DNA from: Actinomycetes bacterium | GTDB lineage: Bacteria > Actinomycetota > Actinomycetes > S36-B12 | Direction: 5' to 3' | NCBI GenBank assembly: GCA_037143955.1 | Contig: JBAWXR010000001.1 | Coordinates: 1 to 46,476 of the forward strand | DNA: 46,476 bases | The notes under the pieces: generated by a model | Told to the model about the DNA's origin: nothing | The model's input: the letters and a program-made list of their open reading frames with translations, nothing else | Databases searched by the model: none | Program-made: the position numbers and the translations under genes | Shown: positions 35,434-43,798 of the stretch, piece after piece | How positions within the stretch are numbered: the first letter of the stretch is position 1 | Layout of the letters: every line of letters begins with the position of its first letter

Positions 35434-37395
35434 GTGGTCCTTGAAGTACTGAAGCGGGTCGTTGTCGGATCCCCGGTTCACAACCAGCGAGCATCCCACT
35501 CACTGTTGCCCAAGTGGCTTGCGCTGCCCATCTTTGCGTCGGACGCCCTATCGAGCGTGGCGTACGCGACGGAAGAAATCCTGCTCGTTCTCATCCTTGG
35601 CGGTTTAGCGGCTCTTCAACTCACCCCGTGGGTTGCCCTTGCCGTTATCTTCCTCCTAATCATCGTGGTCACGTCCTACCGCAAGACGGTGTACGCGTAT
35701 CCGGGTGGCGGTGGCGACTACCAGGTCGCGCAGGAGAACTTCGGTCAGAAGACAGCGTTGGTTGCCGCCGCTGCTTTGGTCGTCGACTACATCGTGACGG
35801 TGGCAGTGTCCATCTCATCCGGTGTCGCCAACCTCATCTCGGCATTCCCAGTATTCAATGGGCATGCGGTGCAGTTGTGCGTTGGATTTATCATCCTGCT
35901 CACGCTTATCAACTTGCGCGGTGTAAAGGAATCTGGATTCTCCTTCGCCCTGCCCACCTATCTCTTCATTGCCACTGTGGTCATCATGCTGGTCACGGCT
36001 GGGATCCGATTTGCCACCGGCAACGCACCTGTGGCCATGTCAGCCGTCTATCCAATTCAGACCCAGGAATTGACCGGCCTGGCCCTCGTCTTCCTCGTGC
36101 TTCGCGCATTCGCGTCCGGATGCACGGCTCTGACAGGTGTCGAAGCTGTCAGTAATGGGGTGCCGTTCTTTCGAGTGCCCAAATCACGCAATGCCTCCCT
36201 GACCTTGTTGGCACTGGGTGGCATAGCGGTCGTGCTCTTCGGTGGCATCACGCTTCTTGCGGTTACCACTCACGTCCACGTCGCCGAAGATCCGTCGATG
36301 ATGGGGCAGGCCGCTGGATTCTCACAGGACACGGTGATCGCCCAGTTGGGAACTGCGGTCTTCGGTCCGAGTTCCATCGGCTTCTATGCACTGCAGATAT
36401 TCACGATGACCGTGCTGATCCTGGCGGCGAATACCGCTTTTAATGGCTTTCCGATTCTTGCCTCAGTTCTTGGCCGTGATGGTTTCCTTCCCCGCCAGTT
36501 CGGTCGTCGTGGAGATCGTCTCGTCTTCAGCAACGGCATCGTGATCCTTGCGTCAGCCGCTGTAGTGCTGGTCATCGTGTTCGACGCGAGCGTCACTCGT
36601 CTGGTGCAGCTGTACATCCTGGGCGTGTTCTTGTCGTTCACGATCTCTCAGGCCGGCATGGTCCGACACTGGAACCGTTTGCTCCTCAAAATCACCGACA
36701 AACGTGAACGCATGACCATCTACCGATCACGCGTCATCAACGCCGTCGGCGCGACAGTGACGGGCCTAGTCCTTGTCATTGTGGTGGTCACGAAATTCGG
36801 TCATGGAGCATGGTTGGTCATTGTCATCATGCCGCTCATCGTTCTGCTGATGATGGGCATCAATCGCCACTACAGACGTACGGATGCGCTTCTCGCAGCT
36901 CCGGTGGGCGGCATGACGCTCCCCAGTCGAGTTCACGCGATTGTGCTGGTCTCGCGCGTCAATGCGCCGGCGATGCTGGCTCTGTCCTTCGCGCGAGCCG
37001 CGCGCCCGGACACGCTTGTGGGGCTACACGTGCAGACGGAACGCAGCGAAATAACGGCGCTCGAGGCCGATTGGAATCGACGGGGAATTCCCGTGCCCTT
37101 GGTGGTCGTTGATTCGCCTTTCCGGGACGTATCCACCCCGATCGTTGAGTACGTACGTCGACTCAAGGCGGAGCACCCTGGCGATCTGATCGCGGTGTAT
37201 ATCCCCGAGTACGTTGTGATGCACTGGTGGGAAGGCTTACTACACAACCAGAGTGCGATCCGGTTGAAGGCACGTCTGCTCTTCCAGCCCGGTGTGGTCA
37301 CCACGAGCGTGCCGACATTGCTTGCCGGAGTTCAGGAACCAGCTGATCGCGGCAGTATTCAGCCACCACAGAGCTCCGTGATTACATCTGATTGA
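35434..37395 (+). CDS. APC-superfamily permease, KimA-like (putative K+/H+ symporter) with C-terminal cytoplasmic domain
   Basis: LALPIFASDALSSVAYATEEILLVL, YAYPGGGGDYQVAQENFG, LRAFASGCTALTGVEAVSNG, LAANTAFNGFP, HNQSAIRLKARL. From memory these match B. subtilis KimA block for block. GTG start. Confidence 0.75.
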   Translation: MVLEVLKRVVVGSPVHNQRASHSLLPKWLALPIFASDALSSVAYATEEILLVLILGGLAALQLTPWVALAVIFLLIIVVTSYRKTVYAYPGGGGDYQVAQENFGQKTALVAAAALVVDYIVTVAVSISSGVANLISAFPVFNGHAVQLCVGFIILLTLINLRGVKESGFSFALPTYLFIATVVIMLVTAGIRFATGNAPVAMSAVYPIQTQELTGLALVFLVLRAFASGCTALTGVEAVSNGVPFFRVPKSRNASLTLLALGGIAVVLFGGITLLAVTTHVHVAEDPSMMGQAAGFSQDTVIAQLGTAVFGPSSIGFYALQIFTMTVLILAANTAFNGFPILASVLGRDGFLPRQFGRRGDRLVFSNGIVILASAAVVLVIVFDASVTRLVQLYILGVFLSFTISQAGMVRHWNRLLLKITDKRERMTIYRSRVINAVGATVTGLVLVIVVVTKFGHGAWLVIVIMPLIVLLMMGINRHYRRTDALLAAPVGGMTLPSRVHAIVLVSRVNAPAMLALSFARAARPDTLVGLHVQTERSEITALEADWNRRGIPVPLVVVDSPFRDVSTPIVEYVRRLKAEHPGDLIAVYIPEYVVMHWWEGLLHNQSAIRLKARLLFQPGVVTTSVPTLLAGVQEPADRGSIQPPQSSVITSD

Positions 37396-38146
37396 TCTGA
37401 GACTGTGGCCCAACCACGATCACAGGTTGTGCCGCCGGGTTCAACCAGCGCAGAATGCTTCGCATCGCCTTCCGTGACACCGCGATACATCCGGTTGTCT
37501 TGCGCCCGTCCGACACGTGCAGGAAGATTCCGCCGCCGGCTGCTGTGTTGGCGGGAGTTGTCGCATGTCGAATCCCGTTGGCGTCTGTGGTGATGGAGCC
37601 CCGGGGGAGGTTGTAGTCCAGGACGGCGACGTAGTCGTATTGCACGCCGTGTCGCCACAGATATTCCACGTTGTGTCCGTAGGAGTCCCAAGAACGGTCC
37701 GCATCCTGGAAGACGTTGTAGGTCGATGGATCGTCAGGGTTGTAGGGCCAGGCATCCTTGGGCGTCAATTGCGTGTACGGCAGACCGGTACCGGGATTCG
37801 GAAGGCGACCAAAACTGCTGGGGATCGCGAATGTTCCCGCAGGTGTCGTGCCCGTACTTTGGCGTCGTTGTGATGCGAGCACGAGGCCACGGGCACCGAG
37901 TACTGCCGGGGTTGGTGCGATGACTCGACGCCAACCATGTGCATCCCGCTCCCATGCCGTGAGGGTTCCCGCGGGTGAAGACCAACCGCTTGCCGTCACG
38001 ATGATGACCTGATGTGCATTGCCCAGATGACTCAACGAGTCAGGTGACGACGCCGCGGCCGAGGCAGACGTCTGCGGTGACCACATCAACGCGACGCACG
38101 TCACAGTCGCAAGCACAATCACAATCGCACATCTCACGCGGCGCAT
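37382..38146 (-). CDS. secreted L,D-transpeptidase-family protein (YkuD-type catalytic His/Cys)
   Basis: Signal peptide MRRVRCAIVIVLATVTCVALMWSPQTSASA. Catalytic motif GGGIFLHVSDGRKTTGCIAV. GGGAG RBS before ATG 38146. The 3' end overlaps the convergent KimA-like gene by 14 nt. Confidence 0.8.
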   Translation of the reverse strand: MRRVRCAIVIVLATVTCVALMWSPQTSASAAASSPDSLSHLGNAHQVIIVTASGWSSPAGTLTAWERDAHGWRRVIAPTPAVLGARGLVLASQRRQSTGTTPAGTFAIPSSFGRLPNPGTGLPYTQLTPKDAWPYNPDDPSTYNVFQDADRSWDSYGHNVEYLWRHGVQYDYVAVLDYNLPRGSITTDANGIRHATTPANTAAGGGIFLHVSDGRKTTGCIAVSRKAMRSILRWLNPAAQPVIVVGPQSQINQM

Positions 38147-38274
38147 GACTCCCACCGTAGAGGCTCGGACGCAGCGAATCATTTGTGGCTCGTTGTCCCA
38201 ACGTTCTACTTCTCGTCGCACCCATGACACTCGCAACTCCTAGCGTCCACCTCACCTCCTACGAAAGGTCGTCC

Positions 38275-39444
38275 ATGCGTAAGTCGCTGTACGTCGTTCC
38301 TGTGGTGCTGGCCTCAGCACTACTGGCTGCATGTTCAAGTTCATCGTCCTCTGATGCCACATCTGCCTCTGCTTCCGCTGGTTCCGAGATGGCATCATCA
38401 AGTTCCTCAGCATCCGGCGCCACGTGCGGAACCACAGTTGATGAGATCGCCGCCGCCGCCAAGGCAGAGGGCAATGTCAACCTCATCGCGCTCCCGGACA
38501 GCTGGGCAAACTACGCCGGCATCCTCAAGTCCTTCCGTGACACCTACGGCCTCGAGGCCCCTGTTGCGACCCCAGATGCTTCGTCTGCCGACGAGCTCAC
38601 CGCGATCAAGACGCTTATGGGCCAGCCCAGCAAGCCCGATGCCATCGACATTGGCCCGTCGTTCATCGGTCAGGCAATGAGCGAGAACCTCATCCAGCCT
38701 TACATGACCACCAACTGGGCTGAGATCCCTGACAACCTGAAGGACGCCGCGGGCAACTGGGTTGGCGCCTACTACGGCATCATGTCGATCGCCACCAACA
38801 CAAAGCTCGTCAAGACTGCGCCGATGACCTGGGCTGACCTCAAGAAGCCGGCGTACAAGGGCATGATCACCCTCAACGGTGATCCCCGTGAAGCCGGTGC
38901 CGCATTCGCCGCAGTTGTGGCCGCGGCACTTGCCAACGGTGGCTCGTACGACGACATCAAGCCTGGCATCCAGTACTTCGCCGATCTCAAGAAGTCAGGC
39001 AACCTCCAGACGATGGACGTCACCGAGGCAGCCCTACTGTCCGGCGATGTGCCGATCGCACTGGACTGGTCCTACAACTTCCCCGCGATCCAGCAGAAGA
39101 TGAAGGAAGCCGGGTTCAATTTCCAGGTGACCATCCCCGCCGATGGCCTCTACGGCTCGTACTACGCACAGTCCGTCGTGTCGGATCCTGTTCACCCGTG
39201 TGCGGCGCAGTTGTGGCTTGAGCACATCACCGGCAATGAGGGCGCACTCGGTTACCTTGCGGGCGGAGCCATCCCGGCGCGCTACGCGGCCCTCGACAAG
39301 GCCGGCCTCATCACGGCCGACATGAAGAAGAACCTCCCGACCGCTGATCAGATCTCGCAGATCAGCTTCCCAACCGCAGATCAGATTGCCGTGATGAAGC
39401 AGCAGATCACGGACAACTGGGGACCGATGGTCGCCGACGCGTAG
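38275..39444 (+). CDS. ABC transporter substrate-binding lipoprotein (Fe3+/polyamine/2-aminoethylphosphonate-type family 1 SBP)
   Basis: Lipobox MRKSLYVVPVVLASALLAAC, a Ser/Ala-rich linker and an SBP body (NVNLIALPDSWANY...). The track ORF from 38185 is read-through. Confidence 0.85.
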   Translation: MRKSLYVVPVVLASALLAACSSSSSSDATSASASAGSEMASSSSSASGATCGTTVDEIAAAAKAEGNVNLIALPDSWANYAGILKSFRDTYGLEAPVATPDASSADELTAIKTLMGQPSKPDAIDIGPSFIGQAMSENLIQPYMTTNWAEIPDNLKDAAGNWVGAYYGIMSIATNTKLVKTAPMTWADLKKPAYKGMITLNGDPREAGAAFAAVVAAALANGGSYDDIKPGIQYFADLKKSGNLQTMDVTEAALLSGDVPIALDWSYNFPAIQQKMKEAGFNFQVTIPADGLYGSYYAQSVVSDPVHPCAAQLWLEHITGNEGALGYLAGGAIPARYAALDKAGLITADMKKNLPTADQISQISFPTADQIAVMKQQITDNWGPMVADA

Positions 39445-39529
39445 CAGCACGACCCGTCGCGGGGCATCGCCTTTATCGGAGGCGGTGCCCCGCACGCTAC
39501 GTTGGAGATGCCCGTCAGAAGGGATGCGT

Positions 39530-40390
39530 ATGAGAGCGCTGTTTCAGCGTGACTCACGCCTCGGGATTGCAGTAGCCGTCCCGTTTGCGGCATTCATCGC
39601 TCTATTCCTCGTCTATCCGATCACTGTGGTGGCGTGGAAGGCGTTGACCCCCGGGGGGAGCCTCGGCTTTGACGCCCTCGCGCGTGCCATGTCAGGGACC
39701 TACCGCCAGGGCTTCATCAACTCAACCGAGTTGTCCTTCACCAGTGCTGTCGTAGGTGGCCTTATTGGTCTCGTGCTCGCTCTTGTGGTTTCCACGCTGC
39801 GGCGACCGCGGTGGCTCCACCCCACCCTGGAGTCATGGTCCGCGGTTGCATCACAGCTCGGTGGCGTTCCCCTTGCCTTTGCATTCATCGCCACGATCGG
39901 AACCCAGGGGCTGGTCACGAAGGCACTCGCTGGTCTTGGCCTAGACCTGCGTGACTATGGAGTCACGGTGACCGGCTTCTGGGGCATCGTTGTCGTTTAC
40001 CTGTACTTCCAGATTCCGCTGATGTTCCTAGTGATGACACCGGCAATTGCGGGACTCAGGCGATCGTGGCGCGAGGCTGCCGCCATCATGGGTGCCTCAC
40101 CAGCGCGCTATTGGCTCAGTGTGGGTGGGCCGATCTTGGCGCCCTCGGTTCTGGGCGGAATGATCTTGCTCTTCATCAACTCATTTATTGCGTACGCAAC
40201 CGTCTTTGTCCTCAATCAGGGTGGAGCACTGGTGCCTTTGCAGATTCGCTTCCTACTTCAAGGCAACGTCATCACAGGGCAGGAAGATCTAGGAAACGCA
40301 ATCGTGCTTTGGGTGATTACCTTGCTGCTGGCGAGCCTGTTCGTCATGACTGCTCTCCAGCGCCGAGCAATCCGTTGGATGCGCTCATGA
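39530..40390 (+). CDS. ABC transporter permease 1
   Basis: 6 TM and EAA loop REAAAIMGASPARYWLSVGGPILAP. The start is uncertain (GTG 39485, ATG 39524 or ATG 39530). The stop overlaps the next start as ATGA. Confidence 0.85.
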   Translation: MRALFQRDSRLGIAVAVPFAAFIALFLVYPITVVAWKALTPGGSLGFDALARAMSGTYRQGFINSTELSFTSAVVGGLIGLVLALVVSTLRRPRWLHPTLESWSAVASQLGGVPLAFAFIATIGTQGLVTKALAGLGLDLRDYGVTVTGFWGIVVVYLYFQIPLMFLVMTPAIAGLRRSWREAAAIMGASPARYWLSVGGPILAPSVLGGMILLFINSFIAYATVFVLNQGGALVPLQIRFLLQGNVITGQEDLGNAIVLWVITLLLASLFVMTALQRRAIRWMRS

Positions 40391-41205
40391 ATACGTCGCG
40401 GTTGATATCAATCCTCAAGTGGGCCTTTCTTGTTCTTATAGCGCTGTACTTCGCGGTCCCGATGCTGGCGATGGCCCGTTTTGCCTTCCAGAACGTACCT
40501 ACGGTGTTGCTTACCGGTGACACCCTGCTGACAGGGTGGTCGATGGGAGGACTCTGGTCGGCGCTGTCCAATCCCAAGGTCGTATCGGCAACCTGGATCA
40601 GCCTCTGGATCGCCGTGTTTGCCATCGCGATGAACTTTCTACTCCTCGTGCCACTCGCGATCGTGACCGAAGTACGTAGTCCGCGCATGCGACCGATACT
40701 CACTGCCTTGACACTGGTCCCTTGGGTGGTCCCTCCCGTGGCGCTTGTCGTGGGGGTCTCGGCGACCTTCCGAGCCGCTGCACCATGGTTCCTGGCCAAC
40801 ACGCTGTGCCTTGTGCCGTTCTATGCATTGTGGGCTATGCCGTTCACCTACCGGGTACTCGACAACGGGCTTCAGGCAATGAGCGCCCGCACCCTGTTTG
40901 AAGCCGCCCGTGGATTGGGAGCGCCATTGTGGACTGTGATCGTGCGCGTGGTCCTGCCGAACATGCGAGCGGCTCTCGTTGCTGCGGCCATGCTCACCAC
41001 CGCACTGGTCTTGGGTGAGTACGCCTTCGCATCGCTACTGCTGAAGAGCACACTGCCCACACAGATGCTCGTGTACGCCGGCAGCGACCCGCGAGGCGGG
41101 CTTGCGTTGGCGCTGTTCGTCATGGTTGTGACAGCTTTGTGCTTGGGCATTGTCGTGCGTCTCATGCGCAAGCGAGGCGTCTCACTACCGACGACGGGAT
41201 TGTGA
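40387..41205 (+). CDS. ABC transporter permease 2
   Basis: MNTSRLISILKWAFLVLIALYF..., EAA loop FEAARGLGAPLWTVIVRVVLP. The track ORF from 40066 overlaps permease 1 in another frame. Confidence 0.85.
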   Translation: MNTSRLISILKWAFLVLIALYFAVPMLAMARFAFQNVPTVLLTGDTLLTGWSMGGLWSALSNPKVVSATWISLWIAVFAIAMNFLLLVPLAIVTEVRSPRMRPILTALTLVPWVVPPVALVVGVSATFRAAAPWFLANTLCLVPFYALWAMPFTYRVLDNGLQAMSARTLFEAARGLGAPLWTVIVRVVLPNMRAALVAAAMLTTALVLGEYAFASLLLKSTLPTQMLVYAGSDPRGGLALALFVMVVTALCLGIVVRLMRKRGVSLPTTGL

Positions 41206-41208
41206 AAT

Positions 41209-42255
41209 ATGACAACGGTCGATCTTCGAAGCGTCCACAAGACCTTCGGGCAGACGGTAGCGCTGGCTGACTTCTCCCTCTCGATTGCTTCCGGCGAACT
41301 CGTGTGCCTTCTTGGCCCCAGTGGGTGCGGTAAGACAACCGCCCTGCGCATCCTTGCTGGATTCGAGCGAGCTGATGGCGGCACCGTGATGATTGATGGA
41401 ACGGACATATCGTCCGATCCCCCGGAGCGCCGAGGGTTCGGCATGGTGTTTCAGGACTACAGCCTGTTCCCCAACATGACCGCGCAACAGAACATTGAGT
41501 TCGGACTCAAGGTACAGCGACGACCGGCCGGCGAGCGCGCGCAGATCGTTGATCGAATGATCGACGTGACGGCACTTGGGGAGCATGCGTCGAAGTTCCC
41601 GCATCAACTCTCGGGCGGTCAAAAGCAACGGGTTGCGTTGGCGCGCGCCATTGCCACATCTCCCCGGGTGCTCCTACTTGATGAGCCCCTATCCGCACTT
41701 GACGCAAAAGTGCGTGAGTCTTTGCGTGACGAGATCAGACGTCTACAGCTGGAGATTGGCGTGACGACAATCTTTGTCACCCATGACCAGCACGAGGCTC
41801 TCGCGATCTCTGATCGCGTGGGCGTGATGAGCAATGGGCGACTCGAGCAGCTCGCGCCGCCGCGCGAACTGTATGAATCTCCCGCAAACGCATTCGTCGC
41901 GAGCTTCATCGGCACCGCGAACCGTGTACCGGCGGCGCCGGAAGCTGGCGGGCGCTGGCGAGTGCTGGGGCGCTCCATCGAAGCAGTCGGGACGGTCGAC
42001 TCGGCTCCTGCCGTAGCTGTCGTGCGCCCTGAGCAGATCGCCGTGGAGCGAACTGGACCGAGTTGCATCACGACAACATCGTTTCTCGGCCCCATCACCC
42101 GCCTGGGTATCACCGACCCAGAGGTGGGCGAAGTAATTGCCGACGTAATGAGCGTCGACGCCGATGGACTGCGTGCTGGAGATGACGTCCGTATTCGACT
42201 CCGCGACGACGTGGAACGCACACTGATCATGAAAGGAGACGCTCATGAACGGTGA
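41209..42255 (+). CDS. ABC transporter ATP-binding protein (PotA/FbpC-like, with C-terminal TOBE-like domain)
   Basis: Walker A GPSGCGKTT, signature LSGGQKQRVALARA, Walker B LLLDEPLSALD, H-loop VTHDQ. Confidence 0.92.
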   Translation: MTTVDLRSVHKTFGQTVALADFSLSIASGELVCLLGPSGCGKTTALRILAGFERADGGTVMIDGTDISSDPPERRGFGMVFQDYSLFPNMTAQQNIEFGLKVQRRPAGERAQIVDRMIDVTALGEHASKFPHQLSGGQKQRVALARAIATSPRVLLLDEPLSALDAKVRESLRDEIRRLQLEIGVTTIFVTHDQHEALAISDRVGVMSNGRLEQLAPPRELYESPANAFVASFIGTANRVPAAPEAGGRWRVLGRSIEAVGTVDSAPAVAVVRPEQIAVERTGPSCITTTSFLGPITRLGITDPEVGEVIADVMSVDADGLRAGDDVRIRLRDDVERTLIMKGDAHER

Positions 42256-43795
42256 CCTCGACGCAAATCCCGTCACGACTGACCGCACCATTCGTCGCGC
42301 CACGGACACGGGCTTCGCCTATCTCGAGTCGGCTCCGGGTGAGCAGCATGTGGCAGACGTGCCGTCTGGAGAACCCATTGCGGCCCTGTGGCACCTGTCT
42401 GACCTGCATCTATGCGACGCGGAGTCCCCGGCCCGGCTGGAATATCTCGATCGTCACGGGGACTCTGACTCGCCTCATCGTGAGGAGCTCGGAGACGTCG
42501 GCACCTACCGACCGCAGGAGATCCTCACCATTCAGGTGGCTGTTGCGATGGTCGAGACGGTCAATGCTGTGCGCATGGGCCCCACAACGGGAATCGCCAT
42601 CGACGGCGTGGTGCTCACGGGCGACATCGTCGACAACGCTCAGGACAACGAACTCGGTTGGTACCAGCAGATTGTCGAGGGTGGCGTCCTACATCCGTGG
42701 AGCGGCAATGCACACCTGAGCTCGTGGGTAGGGGTGAGCAACGCCGACAGATGGGATGAGCGGTACTGGCATCCCGACGGGCCACCCCCGGAGTGTCTGC
42801 CCGATCGACCGACCGCACTCTTTGGTTTTCCCAGCGCTCCGGGGCTCATTGAGGCCGCCCGTCGAGATGTTGTGTCACCAGGCTTAGCGCTCGAGTGGGT
42901 GACCGTGCACGGCAACCATGATCTGCTTTTGCAAGGCACCGTCGCTGTCACCGAAGACCTGCAGACGCTTGCCACGGGCGATACGCGGATCCTTGACCTG
43001 CCCCCGGGTGTGTCTCCTCGCGTCACGCTCGAAGCGACCGCTCCGGTGGGTCCCGCTCGATACCCGCATGACGACGCCTCGCCCCGAGCATCAATCGCCG
43101 CAGATGACGGTCGACGTCTGCTTGAAACAGGGGATTTCCCACGCATCACGCGTCACTCGGTCGGACCCGCCTACTACGCCACCGACCTCGGTGCCCTGCG
43201 GCTCATCTGCCTCGACACGGTCAATCCGCACGGTGGCTGGCAGGGATCGATCGACGAAGAGCAGCTCGCGTGGCTCGAAGCAGAACTCACTGCTGCGGCT
43301 GATCGCTACACCGTGGTGCTCTCTCATCATCCGAGCATCACGATCATCAACGACTACCGACCCGCGGGTGCGCCCGATCGAGTTCTGGGGGATCGCATTG
43401 TTGCCACGCTGGCCCAGCACCGCAATGTGATCGCGTGGCTCGCCGGCCACGTTCACTTCCACGCCGCGCATATGCATGGTGACTCCGACCACGAGTTCCT
43501 TGAGATCACCACGTCGTCACTTATTGACTGGCCGCAGCAAGGACGCATCCTGGAGTTCGTCAAGGTCCATGACCGCGATCGGCCCGAGGTGGCCATCATC
43601 AGTTCGGTCGTCGATCATCGAGCCCCCGCACAGTGGCCCGGTGACCTCGACGATCACGTATCGCTTGCCTCGGTCTCGCGCACCCTGGCGGCAAACGACT
43701 ATCGGATTCGCGACGACTCACTTCGGCGCATGATGCTGGACTCCACCCCGGAGTTCCGCAACAACGTGTGGCGCGTTGCCGACCCCCTCGCCTGA
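42245..43795 (+). CDS. long calcineurin-like metallophosphoesterase (all five motifs intact; no signal peptide seen)
   Basis: LWHLSDLHLCD (DxH), LTGDIVDNAQDNE (GDxxDn), VHGNHD, VLSHHP, LAGHVHFH (GHxH), with long inserts between motifs. Its ATG lies 11 nt inside the 3' end of the ATPase gene. Confidence 0.8.
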   Translation: MNGDLDANPVTTDRTIRRATDTGFAYLESAPGEQHVADVPSGEPIAALWHLSDLHLCDAESPARLEYLDRHGDSDSPHREELGDVGTYRPQEILTIQVAVAMVETVNAVRMGPTTGIAIDGVVLTGDIVDNAQDNELGWYQQIVEGGVLHPWSGNAHLSSWVGVSNADRWDERYWHPDGPPPECLPDRPTALFGFPSAPGLIEAARRDVVSPGLALEWVTVHGNHDLLLQGTVAVTEDLQTLATGDTRILDLPPGVSPRVTLEATAPVGPARYPHDDASPRASIAADDGRRLLETGDFPRITRHSVGPAYYATDLGALRLICLDTVNPHGGWQGSIDEEQLAWLEAELTAAADRYTVVLSHHPSITIINDYRPAGAPDRVLGDRIVATLAQHRNVIAWLAGHVHFHAAHMHGDSDHEFLEITTSSLIDWPQQGRILEFVKVHDRDRPEVAIISSVVDHRAPAQWPGDLDDHVSLASVSRTLAANDYRIRDDSLRRMMLDSTPEFRNNVWRVADPLA

Positions 43796-43798
43796 TTT

